Assembly: GCA_049442935.1 (NCBI GenBank)
Contig: JBMTOT010000001.1
Span: forward strand, 2,666-66,665
DNA from: Ilumatobacteraceae bacterium
Lineage (GTDB): Bacteria; Actinomycetota; Acidimicrobiia; Acidimicrobiales; Ilumatobacteraceae
Length of the DNA stretch: 64,000 bases
Direction of reading: 5' to 3'
Below the pieces are notes generated by a model. It saw only the letters and a program-made list of their open reading frames with translations. It was not told the origin of the DNA and made no database searches. Both the position numbers and the translations under genes were made by a program. Below, piece by piece: positions 18,271-27,277 of this stretch (position 1 is the first letter of the stretch; every line of letters starts with the position of its first letter).

Positions 18271-19043
18271 CGAACCTCCAGAACGTCGAGCACCCAGTCT
18301 CCCACCGTCGTGCCCGCAGAAAGAAGGTCATACGGAAGATCGAAGTGATCGCGCTCGTCGACGACGGCATCGACCACGCCAGGAGCGGCAGAGGTCAGGC
18401 GACGGGCGAACTCGGCGTTCTGCCGAATGAACTCGCTCGACTCGTGACGACCGACGGCGCACAGTGCCGCGCGCACTGGCGGAGGCTCGAGCAGCATCGG
18501 GCTCAACAGCGCCGCACGGTCCGCGTCGAGACCGAGCGCGTCGTTCGTGGGGGTGACGACGAGCGGACGAAGGTCGTAGATGCCACTCAACAGTGCGAGC
18601 CCGTCGACCGCGGCGGCAATCTCCGGAACCCTCGCGCACATCGCCGCAATGTGCGCTCCCGCACTGCAACCGGCGAGCACCGTGCGGGACGGCCGCAGCC
18701 GCTCGACGGTGACGGCAATGTCGCGTGTGCACTGGGCGATGATGCCCTCGATGGTCGCGCGCGGTGCAAGGTCGTAGTCGACCGCGTGCAGCGACACCCC
18801 GTGACGCACCGCATCTGCGGCGTTGAAGAGCGACTCGGCCGCCGAAAGCTGCTGCCAGTACCCGCCGTGGATGTAGACAAGAAGGGGCGCTCCGGGGGTC
18901 ACCAGTGAGGCCGGTTCGACCCCTGCAGATCGTCGCGCGTACTCGGCCATGTGTTCGTCGAGCGGACGCCGGGCATGCCGAGACGGCGAGTACTCATGAT
19001 CGATGTCGGCGGGCGAGGAAGAGCGCCAGTCGAAGGTGCTCAC
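18267..19043 (-). CDS. Arylformamidase (alpha/beta-hydrolase, AFMID-type kynurenine formamidase)
   Basis: GTG at 19043 (GTGA overlap with the upstream stop). Oxyanion motif YIHGGYWQ and nucleophile elbow GCSAGAH. The long N-terminal extension in the ORF track (to 19781) is antisense to the TauD-like gene and is rejected. Confidence 0.7.
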   Translation of the reverse strand: MSTFDWRSSSPADIDHEYSPSRHARRPLDEHMAEYARRSAGVEPASLVTPGAPLLVYIHGGYWQQLSAAESLFNAADAVRHGVSLHAVDYDLAPRATIEGIIAQCTRDIAVTVERLRPSRTVLAGCSAGAHIAAMCARVPEIAAAVDGLALLSGIYDLRPLVVTPTNDALGLDADRAALLSPMLLEPPPVRAALCAVGRHESSEFIRQNAEFARRLTSAAPGVVDAVVDERDHFDLPYDLLSAGTTVGDWVLDVLEVR

Positions 19044-19942
19044 GCGACGGGAACAGATCCGGCGATTGTGGTCCGGTGCATCTCCCGCCGGAAACCGGCG
19101 TAGTCGTTCAACGCGTAGTGCTGAGTCGAGCGGTTGTCCCAAATGGCGAGGTCGCCCTCGCTCCAGCGGTGTCGCATGGTGAATCGCGCGTCGGTGGTGT
19201 GGGAGTGCAGCCAAGAAAGCATGTCGGTCTTCTCGAGAGGATCGTCGAACCCGACAAGATCGCGCACATAGGCCCGGTTGTAGAACAGCACCTTCTTGCC
19301 GGTCTCCGGATGAGTCGTCACGAGGGGGTGGACGTTCGCATCGTTCGCGGACTCGTCGCAGACAATGTTCATCGAGGAGAGCCCCGAGTGAAGCGACTGC
19401 ATCTTCGGCGAGTATGCGTCGCGCGCGGTGTGCACCGCATGGACATTCTCGAGCGATGCCCGCTTCTCGTCGTCGAGAGCCGACCAGGCGGCGGTCATCG
19501 ACGACCACAGCGTGTCGCCTCCGTACGGGGGAATGTCGATCGCATGGAGAACGGTGAACGACGGCGGAGCCTTCAGGAACGAGAAGTCGCTGTGCCACGA
19601 ACCGCCGAAGTTGAAGGCTCTGCCGTCGCTCGCCTCCTTGAGGACCTTGATCACTTCCGGGTGGTCCGCACTCGGCTCGATGAATGGCGACTCTGCGGGA
19701 GGCCCCAGACGGTGCGAAAATTCGACCTGTTCGAGTGCCGTGAGCGACTGCCGCGGCACGATCACACATTCGTGTTCGCACACGAGGGCACGCAGCTCAG
19801 CGAGTTCGTCGTCGGTCAGACGTTTCACGTCGTCGATGACTACTTCAGCCCCGAACACCCCCGTGATCCGGTTCACCAACACGATCGAATCGTAGCCAGC
19901 GATTCGATGACCCCGTTCGCGCGGCGGGCAATGTGGCAACAT
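19040..19942 (-). CDS. TauD/TfdA-family Fe(II)/2-oxoglutarate dioxygenase
   Basis: WHSDFSF (His-x-Asp), later HPLV and RxxxH-type C-terminal motifs, about 280-300 aa. The true start is probably one of GTG/TTG/GTG near 19882, because ATG 19942 lies 6 nt from the divergent NUDIX start. Confidence 0.75.
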   Translation of the reverse strand: MLPHCPPRERGHRIAGYDSIVLVNRITGVFGAEVVIDDVKRLTDDELAELRALVCEHECVIVPRQSLTALEQVEFSHRLGPPAESPFIEPSADHPEVIKVLKEASDGRAFNFGGSWHSDFSFLKAPPSFTVLHAIDIPPYGGDTLWSSMTAAWSALDDEKRASLENVHAVHTARDAYSPKMQSLHSGLSSMNIVCDESANDANVHPLVTTHPETGKKVLFYNRAYVRDLVGFDDPLEKTDMLSWLHSHTTDARFTMRHRWSEGDLAIWDNRSTQHYALNDYAGFRREMHRTTIAGSVPVA

Positions 19943-19948
19943 CGGTCA

Positions 19949-20431
19949 ATGGGAACGCGCGACGGTGACGGCTGGGTGCGCTGTCTGTGCGGCCAGGTGC
20001 ACTGGGGTCTTCACGGCGCGGCCGGACTGCTGCTCGTGCGCACCGACACGGACCCCGCAAGCGTGCTGCTGCAACTCCGCGCGGCGTGGACGCACGGAGG
20101 CGGGACGTGGGCACTGCCGGGCGGTGCGCTCGATTCTCACGAAGATGCAGTCACCGCCGCCGCACGCGAGGCCTGGGAAGAGGCCGGAATCGACCCGTCG
20201 GTGCTCGAGTTCAAGGCGATCTTCTCCGATGACCACGGCAATTGGCGCTACGACACCGTCATCGCACACTCCGCGCACGATGCCGGGGCACACGAAGCAA
20301 ACGCCGAGTCGGAAGACATCCGCTGGGTGCCGCTCGATGACGTCGAGCACTTCGAGTTGCACCCCGGGTTGAGGCGCGCGTGGCCAGAGCTGATCGACCA
20401 CGTGCGTTCCACATTGTCGACCGGCGCCTGA
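19949..20431 (+). CDS. NUDIX hydrolase
   Basis: ATG at 19949. Nudix box GGALDSHEDAVTAAAREAWEEAGI. Confidence 0.75.
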   Translation: MGTRDGDGWVRCLCGQVHWGLHGAAGLLLVRTDTDPASVLLQLRAAWTHGGGTWALPGGALDSHEDAVTAAAREAWEEAGIDPSVLEFKAIFSDDHGNWRYDTVIAHSAHDAGAHEANAESEDIRWVPLDDVEHFELHPGLRRAWPELIDHVRSTLSTGA

Positions 20432-20441
20432 GAGACCCTTC

Positions 20442-21611
20442 GTGCGCCGTCGAACCGTCTATCTCATGCTCGCCGCCTCCGGGCTCGGCGCGATGAGCTA
20501 CGGCACGATGTTCACGGTCGTCGACGACTTTCGCGATTCCTACGGCATCTCAGAGTCACGACTCGGGTTGATCCTCGGCGTCGGCTTCATTGCCGGGTTC
20601 CTCGCACAGGTGTTTCTCGCCCCGCTGGCCGACAAGGGTCACGCCAAGAAGATGATCCTTGCCGGCATTGCTGTGCAAGTCGTCGGAAACCTCACTATGG
20701 GATTCGGAAGCACGTTCTGGATGCTGTTCGCCGCACGTTTCGTCATGGGAATCGGCGGCGGCATGCTCAGCCCGGCGGCCCGGAGGGTGATCATCGTGTC
20801 CGACCCGCGCAACATGGGGTCGAACCTTGGGCTCTTCGTCAGTTTCGACGTCGGCGGGTTCGCTCTCGGTCCGGTTGTCTCAGCGCTCACCGTTGACGCA
20901 CTCGGCCTTGCCGCGCCGTTTCTCATCGTGACCGCCGTCATGGCCGTGGTCGGGGTGGGTCTCGTGCGAACCGACATCGCAGAAACAGACACGGCCGATG
21001 CACCGAGCCAGCGCCTCGCATTCGACCTCTTCCGTCTCGCACCGTATGCCGGCATCGTCATCATCGGGCTCTCGCTCTTTCTCATGATCGGCACGTTCGA
21101 CACTCTGTGGTCGGTGATGATGGCCGACATCGACGCCGCACCGTGGATCGCGAGCATCGGTATCACGATCTTTGCGCTGCCGATGCTGATCCTCGGCCCC
21201 GTCGGCGGCCGACTCACCCAGCGCGTCGGCCCCTACCGTGCCGCGATCACCGGACTCTCGTTCGCCGCGCTGTGCATGGTCGGGTACGGCACCATCGCCT
21301 CGCCACACGTGATGCTCGGAGTCGGTGCACTCCACGGCATCATCGACGGTCTCACGATCACTGCCGGGGCCACGGCGATCGCAATGGTGGTGCCACACGA
21401 ACGCCTTGCGGCCGCCCAAGGGCTCTACGGAGGACTGCAGACTGTGACGGGTGGGGTTGCATCTGTCGCAGCCGGGTGGTCGTACGGCGCATTCGGCCGC
21501 GCGGGTTCCTTCATCGGTGCCGCGATCGGGTCATTGGCCCTGATCGCCACTGGCGCGTGGCTCGCCCGATCGCACCTGGGCGAAACGCCGACGGTTCACG
21601 CCCGCGACTGA
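20442..21611 (+). CDS. MFS transporter (12-TMS type)
   Basis: 389-aa hydrophobic protein with an MFS loop motif (LADKGHAKKM). Its 3' end overlaps the convergent CoxL-like gene by 16 nt. Confidence 0.75.
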   Translation: MRRRTVYLMLAASGLGAMSYGTMFTVVDDFRDSYGISESRLGLILGVGFIAGFLAQVFLAPLADKGHAKKMILAGIAVQVVGNLTMGFGSTFWMLFAARFVMGIGGGMLSPAARRVIIVSDPRNMGSNLGLFVSFDVGGFALGPVVSALTVDALGLAAPFLIVTAVMAVVGVGLVRTDIAETDTADAPSQRLAFDLFRLAPYAGIVIIGLSLFLMIGTFDTLWSVMMADIDAAPWIASIGITIFALPMLILGPVGGRLTQRVGPYRAAITGLSFAALCMVGYGTIASPHVMLGVGALHGIIDGLTITAGATAIAMVVPHERLAAAQGLYGGLQTVTGGVASVAAGWSYGAFGRAGSFIGAAIGSLALIATGAWLARSHLGETPTVHARD

Positions 21612-23854
21612 ATCGCCTCCCACACGCGACGCGGCGTGCATGGCATGTCGACGTGCACCACACCGAGGTGCGAGAGCGCATCGACGACCGCGTTGTGCAC
21701 GGCGGGTGTAGCACCGATCGTGCCTGCCTCGCCGATTCCCTTCGCACCAAGCGGGTTGCGCGGGGTCGGTGTCTCCATGGGAATGCGCTCGAACGACGGC
21801 AACTCTGCCGCCGAGATGAACGCGTAGTCGGCGAGATTCGACGTGATCGGGTTACCGTCGTCGTCATAGAGGACTTCTTCGAGAAGTGCCTGCGCGACGC
21901 CTTGTGCCACTCCCCCGTGCACCTGGCCGTCGACGATCAGCGGGTTGATGATCGTCCCCGCATCGTCGCAGGCGACGTGACGGCGCACTGCGACCTGACC
22001 CGTCTCTGTGTCGACTTCGACGACGCTCACGTGCGAGCCGAACGGGAACGTCGAGCCCTCGGGCTTGAAATCGCTCTCGGCCGACAACGGTTCACCTGAC
22101 GCCACGGCGGCAGCGGCCACTTCGGCCCACGCGCGCGTCGGCTGCGGCGATCCCTGCACGTGGAACACGCCGCGCGCGGTGTCGATGACGACATCTTCCG
22201 GCGCGGCCTCGAGCAACGACGCGGCAACCTGCCGCGCTCTCTCAACGACCGCCTCGGCGGCCAAACCGGCCGCGGTTCCGCCCACCTGCAGGCTGCGCGA
22301 GCCTCCGGTGCCCCCGCCGCGCGCGACATCCGACGTGTCGCCGAAACGGAACTCGATGCGCTCGACCGGAATGCCGGTGATGTGCGAGACGATCATCGCC
22401 CACGACGTGTGGTGCCCCTGACCGTGCGGCGACGAGCCGGTGCGCACGATCGCCCCGCCGTCGGAAGTGATCTCGACGGCACCGAACTCTCCCGACCCCA
22501 TCGGGTTCGTTGTCTCGACATAGGTGCTCACGCCGATTCCAAGCTGCACCGGATCGCCCGACTGGCGACGGCGCCGTTGTTCGTCGCGCAATTCGGCATA
22601 GCCGGCCGCCGCGAGCGCGGCGTCGAGCGACTTCTCGTACTCGCCGCTGTCGTACTTGGCCCCCATCGCGGTGGTGAGCGGAAACTGCTCCGGGCGCAGG
22701 TAGTTGCGGCGGCGCACCTCGGCCGGGTCGATGCCGCACGCGCCCGCGAACACGTCGATCGTTCGCTCGATCGCCGCCGTCGCCTCGGGTCGTCCGGCCC
22801 CGCGGTACGCGACGACGGGTGAGGTGTTCGTGACGACGCTGTGCGACTGGAATTGCACCCGATCGATGTCGTAGACGCCGCCCGCCATCAGGCGCGTCAT
22901 GTACGGCAGCACTGCACCGCCCTTCGGGTATGCACCTGCGTCTTGCACCACCTCGAGGCGGTATGCGGTGATGCGTCCGTCGCGCGTGCCGCCCATCTTC
23001 GTGCGCTGCTGCTGGGCGCGGCCGTGGCCCATGGCGAGCATGTTCTCGGTGCGCGTCTCGGTCCAGCGAGCCGGCCGGCCGAGTTTTCTCGCCACCCACC
23101 CCACGAGAATTTCCTCGACGTAGACACCCGATTTCGCACCGAATCCGCCGCCGACATCGGGCGTGACGACGCGCACCTGGGCGGGGTCGACCCCGAATGC
23201 CTTTGCCAAACCGTCACGTGCACCGTGCGCACCCTGGCTGCAGGCCCACTGCGTGAGCGAGTCGCCATCCCAGCGCGCCGCGCACGAGCGCACCTCGAGC
23301 GGCGCGGTCGCGACCTTCTGGTTCACGAGGGCGAGTTCCACCACCACTTCGCACGCGGAAAAAATGTCGTCGTCATCGTTCGCTGCGAACGTGAGGGCTA
23401 CGTTCGTTTCCGCCGCATCGTGCAGCAGTGTCTCGCCGGCGAGCGCATCGGCCGGGTCGAGCACGTTCGGCAACGGGTCGTAGTCGACCTCGACCATCGC
23501 GGCCGCATCGGCTCCCTGCGATGGCGTCTCGCTCACCACGACAGCCACGACTTCGCCCACGAAGCGCACCGTGTCGGTTGCAACGAACGGCTGCACCATG
23601 TCCTTGTTCAACAGCCGGGGTTCGGGCACGACCGGTGACAGATCGACATCGGCTCCTGTGAACACCGCGACGACACCGGGCATCTCGGCCGCCGCGCTCG
23701 CGTCGACAGACACCACCCGCCCGTGTGCGAGCGTCGAGCGGACGTACGTGACATGGACGGCGCCCGGCAGGTCGAGATTTGCGATGTATGTGCCCTCGCC
23801 GCGGAGGAAACGCGGATCTTCAAGTCGAACTACTCGTGTGCCGAGAATGCTCAT
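21596..23854 (-). CDS. Xanthine dehydrogenase/CO dehydrogenase-family molybdopterin-binding large subunit
   Basis: 752 aa. The N-terminal RLEDPRFLRGEGTYIANL and the overall layout are typical of CoxL/aldehyde-oxidase large subunits. ATGA overlap with the upstream SDR gene. Confidence 0.85.
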   Translation of the reverse strand: MSILGTRVVRLEDPRFLRGEGTYIANLDLPGAVHVTYVRSTLAHGRVVSVDASAAAEMPGVVAVFTGADVDLSPVVPEPRLLNKDMVQPFVATDTVRFVGEVVAVVVSETPSQGADAAAMVEVDYDPLPNVLDPADALAGETLLHDAAETNVALTFAANDDDDIFSACEVVVELALVNQKVATAPLEVRSCAARWDGDSLTQWACSQGAHGARDGLAKAFGVDPAQVRVVTPDVGGGFGAKSGVYVEEILVGWVARKLGRPARWTETRTENMLAMGHGRAQQQRTKMGGTRDGRITAYRLEVVQDAGAYPKGGAVLPYMTRLMAGGVYDIDRVQFQSHSVVTNTSPVVAYRGAGRPEATAAIERTIDVFAGACGIDPAEVRRRNYLRPEQFPLTTAMGAKYDSGEYEKSLDAALAAAGYAELRDEQRRRRQSGDPVQLGIGVSTYVETTNPMGSGEFGAVEITSDGGAIVRTGSSPHGQGHHTSWAMIVSHITGIPVERIEFRFGDTSDVARGGGTGGSRSLQVGGTAAGLAAEAVVERARQVAASLLEAAPEDVVIDTARGVFHVQGSPQPTRAWAEVAAAAVASGEPLSAESDFKPEGSTFPFGSHVSVVEVDTETGQVAVRRHVACDDAGTIINPLIVDGQVHGGVAQGVAQALLEEVLYDDDGNPITSNLADYAFISAAELPSFERIPMETPTPRNPLGAKGIGEAGTIGATPAVHNAVVDALSHLGVVHVDMPCTPRRVWEAIQSRA

Positions 23855-24603
23855 GCCGACCAGCCTCCATCGACGACGAACTCAGACCCCGTCGAATATG
23901 CACTGTCGTCGCTCGCGAGGTACAGCGCGAGGCGCGCCACGTGCACGGGCTCGGCCTCGTAGCCGATGGGTATGCGTTCGCGCACCGTCTCGCGCACGCC
24001 GACATCGTCGAACGTCTGCAGCATCGGCGTGTCGATGATGCCGGGGTGAATCGAGTTGACGCGAACTCCGAACGGCGCGAGTTCCTTGGCGACACCTTTG
24101 GTCATTCCGCGCACCGCCCACTTGCTCGCCCCGTATGCAAGAAACCCCGGCGTGCCGGCAAGGCCGGCGACCGAGGAGATGTTCACGATGCTGCCCGTCT
24201 TGCGCGAGACCATGTGCGGAGCAACCGTCTTCATGCCGAGAAAGACACCCACTTGGTTGATGTCGATCGTGCGTCGATACGCCTCGAGCGAGGTGTCGAG
24301 CACCGATCCGCGCTCGAAGATTCCTGCGTGGTTCACGAGAACATCGACCTGGCCGAATGCATCGAGCGTGAATGCGAGCGCGGCCGTCCAGTCGTCTTCT
24401 GTCGTCACGTCGTGGCGAACGAACCTGCAGGTCGACCCGTCGGGCGAGATGCGCCGCGCGGTCTCCTCGCCAGCATCTGCGAGAACGTCGCTGATGACGA
24501 CCCTCGCCCCTTCGTCGACGAAGAGCGCGGCTTCCGCCGCCCCCATGCCCCGCGCACCGCCGGTGACGAGCGCGACCTTCCCCTCGAGACGCTTGTTTCC
24601 CAC
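23851..24603 (-). CDS. Short-chain dehydrogenase/reductase (classical SDR)
   Basis: TGGARGMG cofactor motif, NHAG, and the catalytic YxxxK pattern (YGASK). Confidence 0.85.
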   Translation of the reverse strand: MGNKRLEGKVALVTGGARGMGAAEAALFVDEGARVVISDVLADAGEETARRISPDGSTCRFVRHDVTTEDDWTAALAFTLDAFGQVDVLVNHAGIFERGSVLDTSLEAYRRTIDINQVGVFLGMKTVAPHMVSRKTGSIVNISSVAGLAGTPGFLAYGASKWAVRGMTKGVAKELAPFGVRVNSIHPGIIDTPMLQTFDDVGVRETVRERIPIGYEAEPVHVARLALYLASDDSAYSTGSEFVVDGGWSA

Positions 24604-24637
24604 GCCTGTGTTCTAGCCGAGCACGGGTCGGGCCGCC

Positions 24638-25420
24638 TCAGTGGTCGGATCGGCGCACGTCGACGAGCAGCCGCGTGGCAACGACGACGAGCAGAATCGC
24701 GAACAACACGTTCGACAGGGTCTCGTCCATGCGGCCTGCGATCCAACCCCCGACGACGGCAGACGCGATGCCACCGAAGCCGACGATCGCGGCCGCCTTG
24801 AGGTCGGCGTTGTTGTTGCGCCGGTTGCGCCAGGTACCCATGATCGCCGTGGGAATGATCACTGCAACGGACGTGCCCTTGGCCACGACCGAGGCCTCAG
24901 AGAGGATCATCATCATCGCAGGCACCATGACCACTCCTCCGCCGACGCCCAGCAGGCCGGCCAGAATTCCAGTCACGAGGCCGACGGCGACCAACACCGC
25001 ACCTGTCTTCCAGTCGAGCGCGTCGCGACCAGCCGACTCGCCCGCCACAAACAACCGTGCCGCCGTGACGAGCAGCAGTGCCGAGAATCCGATCGCGAGT
25101 GTCCTGTGCGGAAGAACATGGAGCAACTTGGTGCCGAGGACGGCTCCCGCGACTGCGCCGATCGCAAGCCACGCGGCCACGGGCCAGTCGACGTGGCCCT
25201 GCACCCAGTACGTCACGAGCGAGGCCATCGAGATCGGAAGAACAGCGGCGAGCGAGGTTCCGTGGGCGATCCGCTGATCCATCTTGACGAACAACACGAG
25301 AGCGGGCACCACGAGAATGCCGCCGCCCACGCCGAAGACTCCCGACAACATTCCTGCCGCGAGGCCGACGGTTGCGATACGTGCCACGTCCACCTGCGCC
25401 GCCGGTCCTGCTGCGGTCAT
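24638..25420 (-). CDS. TauE/SafE-family anion exporter (DUF81)
   Basis: ATG at 25420 with GGGAGG upstream. The repeated GVGGG motif in two hydrophobic halves is typical of TauE/SafE permeases. Confidence 0.75.
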   Translation of the reverse strand: MTAAGPAAQVDVARIATVGLAAGMLSGVFGVGGGILVVPALVLFVKMDQRIAHGTSLAAVLPISMASLVTYWVQGHVDWPVAAWLAIGAVAGAVLGTKLLHVLPHRTLAIGFSALLLVTAARLFVAGESAGRDALDWKTGAVLVAVGLVTGILAGLLGVGGGVVMVPAMMMILSEASVVAKGTSVAVIIPTAIMGTWRNRRNNNADLKAAAIVGFGGIASAVVGGWIAGRMDETLSNVLFAILLVVVATRLLVDVRRSDH

Positions 25421-25525
25421 CTGAGCCTCCCTGTTGACGAGCCGACTGTCGATGTTTCCACACTCGAGGCCACCGGAGCCGGCTCCCGGCTCGCACCCGG
25501 ACCCAGCCCGCCTTATCTTTCCGAG

Positions 25526-27226
25526 GTGGCCCGCGGCACGACCAGACAGCACCTCGCCTCGACACGTCGTCTCGCGGTGCTCGCGGCCGTGTCATTGGCA
25601 ATCGCCGCGTCGTGCTCCGACACTGCGATGAACGACACGACCACGGCGTCCGTCGACGCACCGAGCGAGATGGCCACACTCATCGACTCGCACTGCACGA
25701 ACCTTCCGGCACCGGACCTCGGCGGCGGAACTCTCTGCGTCGACAACGGCTTCCGCATCTCCGACGACGACTTCGCATTCGGCAATTGGGGACGCTCGTC
25801 GAAAGCCGATGCCAACATCACCGTGCAGACCCTGGTCGATCTGTTCGGGCGATCAGCGGTGTGTGCTCCCGGCGACGACGACACCTGCACGCTGCGCCCC
25901 TCGACAATGCAGCGGCTCGAGCAGTGGAACAACGTCCTTGCCGGAGGCCGATGCGAAGGTTTCGCGGCATTGTCGGCGCGTTTCTTTCTCGGCATGGAAG
26001 ATCCCGCCGCCTACCGACGCGGTGCGGCGCGGGTGTCGCAACTTCGGCGCGGCGACAGCGGCCTCGACGAAGCGCTCGCCTACTGGTGGGCGACACAGTT
26101 CCTCCCCGAAGTCGCCGACCGTGCGGCGGCGTCGCGGGCCCGAACACCTCTTCGTCTCGTCGATGACACCATCGTCGGGCTTGCCGGAGGCAGCGGACTC
26201 ACGCTCGGTCTCTACGACGACGGCGCCGGGCACGCCGTCGTGCCGTTTGCGGTGACACGACGCGACGGTGGGTATGTGGTCCACATCTACGACAACAACC
26301 ACCCGGGCGAGAGACGCGAAGTGGTGGTTGACGCCGAGTCAGACACCTGGCTCTACCCGCGAGCCCTGCGCGGTCCGGACGGAACGTGGCGCGACTGGTC
26401 GGGCGGCCTCGGCACGATGGAGCTCACGCCGATGTCGGCACGCCGCGGCCCGTTCAGGTGTGATTTCTGTGCCGTCATTCCCGCCGACGAAGGAACGGTG
26501 ATCTCGATCGCCTCGCGCGACCCCTCGGCACCCGGGTGGCTGCGACTCGACACCGGAACGGGAACCCTCACCGTGACTCCCGACGGAATCACGAACAACA
26601 TCTCCGGTGCAACGTGGACCTCGGCGAAGAACGGCACCGCATCGAACCTCACTGTGCGCATCCCCGGATCAGCGGTCGACATCTCGGTGCGCAGAACGTC
26701 GTCGACGATTCCAGCCGGTGACGTCGTGGTTGGCGTGCGGCGGCACGGTCACCCCGACCTTCAGGTGCAGGGCGACATCGCGGTCGCTCCGACGGACAAT
26801 GCCACGTTGCTTCTCGTGCGCGACGGCGATTCGACTGTACGTGCTCCCGCAGGATCGCCGGTTCGCGTCAGCGTCGCCGATACCAATGGCCTCACACGGA
26901 CAACGGTCGCCGCAGGCGACGAACTCACCGTCGGGGCGATGGGGACCGACACAATCGAAATCGCACTGAAGGGAGCCGGCCGGGTGATCCGCGGCGACAT
27001 CTCCCTCGCCGACGGACGCGTGGAGCGCACTGTTCGCCTCGACCAGGCTCGATTGAACGTCGAGACCACGTTGATTGCCCCGGTACCGGTGGCACCCCAG
27101 CGTCAACCGGGCTTCACCGCGGGCGAGCGCCCCTCCCCCACGACGACTCCGGCGACCACGACGACCACACCGGTCAACGTCGACGACGGACCGCCCCCGA
27201 GCATTGTGGTGACACTCCCCGACTGA
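25526..27226 (+). CDS. Secreted lipoprotein of unknown function with a possible papain-like Cys/His/Asp domain and a Pro/Thr-rich tail
   Basis: In-frame GTG at 25526 within ORF 24641..27226. STRRLAVLAAVSLAIAASC looks like a twin-arginine signal plus lipobox. The upstream part of the ORF is antisense to tauE. Confidence 0.6.
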   Translation: MARGTTRQHLASTRRLAVLAAVSLAIAASCSDTAMNDTTTASVDAPSEMATLIDSHCTNLPAPDLGGGTLCVDNGFRISDDDFAFGNWGRSSKADANITVQTLVDLFGRSAVCAPGDDDTCTLRPSTMQRLEQWNNVLAGGRCEGFAALSARFFLGMEDPAAYRRGAARVSQLRRGDSGLDEALAYWWATQFLPEVADRAAASRARTPLRLVDDTIVGLAGGSGLTLGLYDDGAGHAVVPFAVTRRDGGYVVHIYDNNHPGERREVVVDAESDTWLYPRALRGPDGTWRDWSGGLGTMELTPMSARRGPFRCDFCAVIPADEGTVISIASRDPSAPGWLRLDTGTGTLTVTPDGITNNISGATWTSAKNGTASNLTVRIPGSAVDISVRRTSSTIPAGDVVVGVRRHGHPDLQVQGDIAVAPTDNATLLLVRDGDSTVRAPAGSPVRVSVADTNGLTRTTVAAGDELTVGAMGTDTIEIALKGAGRVIRGDISLADGRVERTVRLDQARLNVETTLIAPVPVAPQRQPGFTAGERPSPTTTPATTTTTPVNVDDGPPPSIVVTLPD

Positions 27227-27277
27227 CGACCACCGTCGGCAACGATCGTGGCGGCGCCGTTCGACTGACGATGCCGG

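Noticed and set aside
18905-19948. Upstream part of the 508-aa ORF 18905..20431, and the 504-aa version of ORF 18267..19781
   Set aside because: Both extensions run antisense or out of frame through the TauD-like gene. The NUDIX box and formamidase motifs lie only in the distal parts, and coupled starts (ATG 19949, GTG 19043) fit better.
25475-25486. 12-nt perfect palindrome GGAGCCGGCTCC upstream of the lipoprotein gene
   Set aside because: A GC-only palindrome with no spacer is expected by chance fairly often at this base composition, and there is no second copy or obvious partner regulator. Noted but not called.
24641-25525. N-terminal 295 codons of the 861-aa ORF 24641..27226
   Set aside because: This part is the exact antisense of the TauE/SafE permease gene and translates to Arg/Asp/His-rich low-complexity sequence. 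A signal peptide and lipobox appear right after the in-frame GTG at 25526, so only the downstream part is called.
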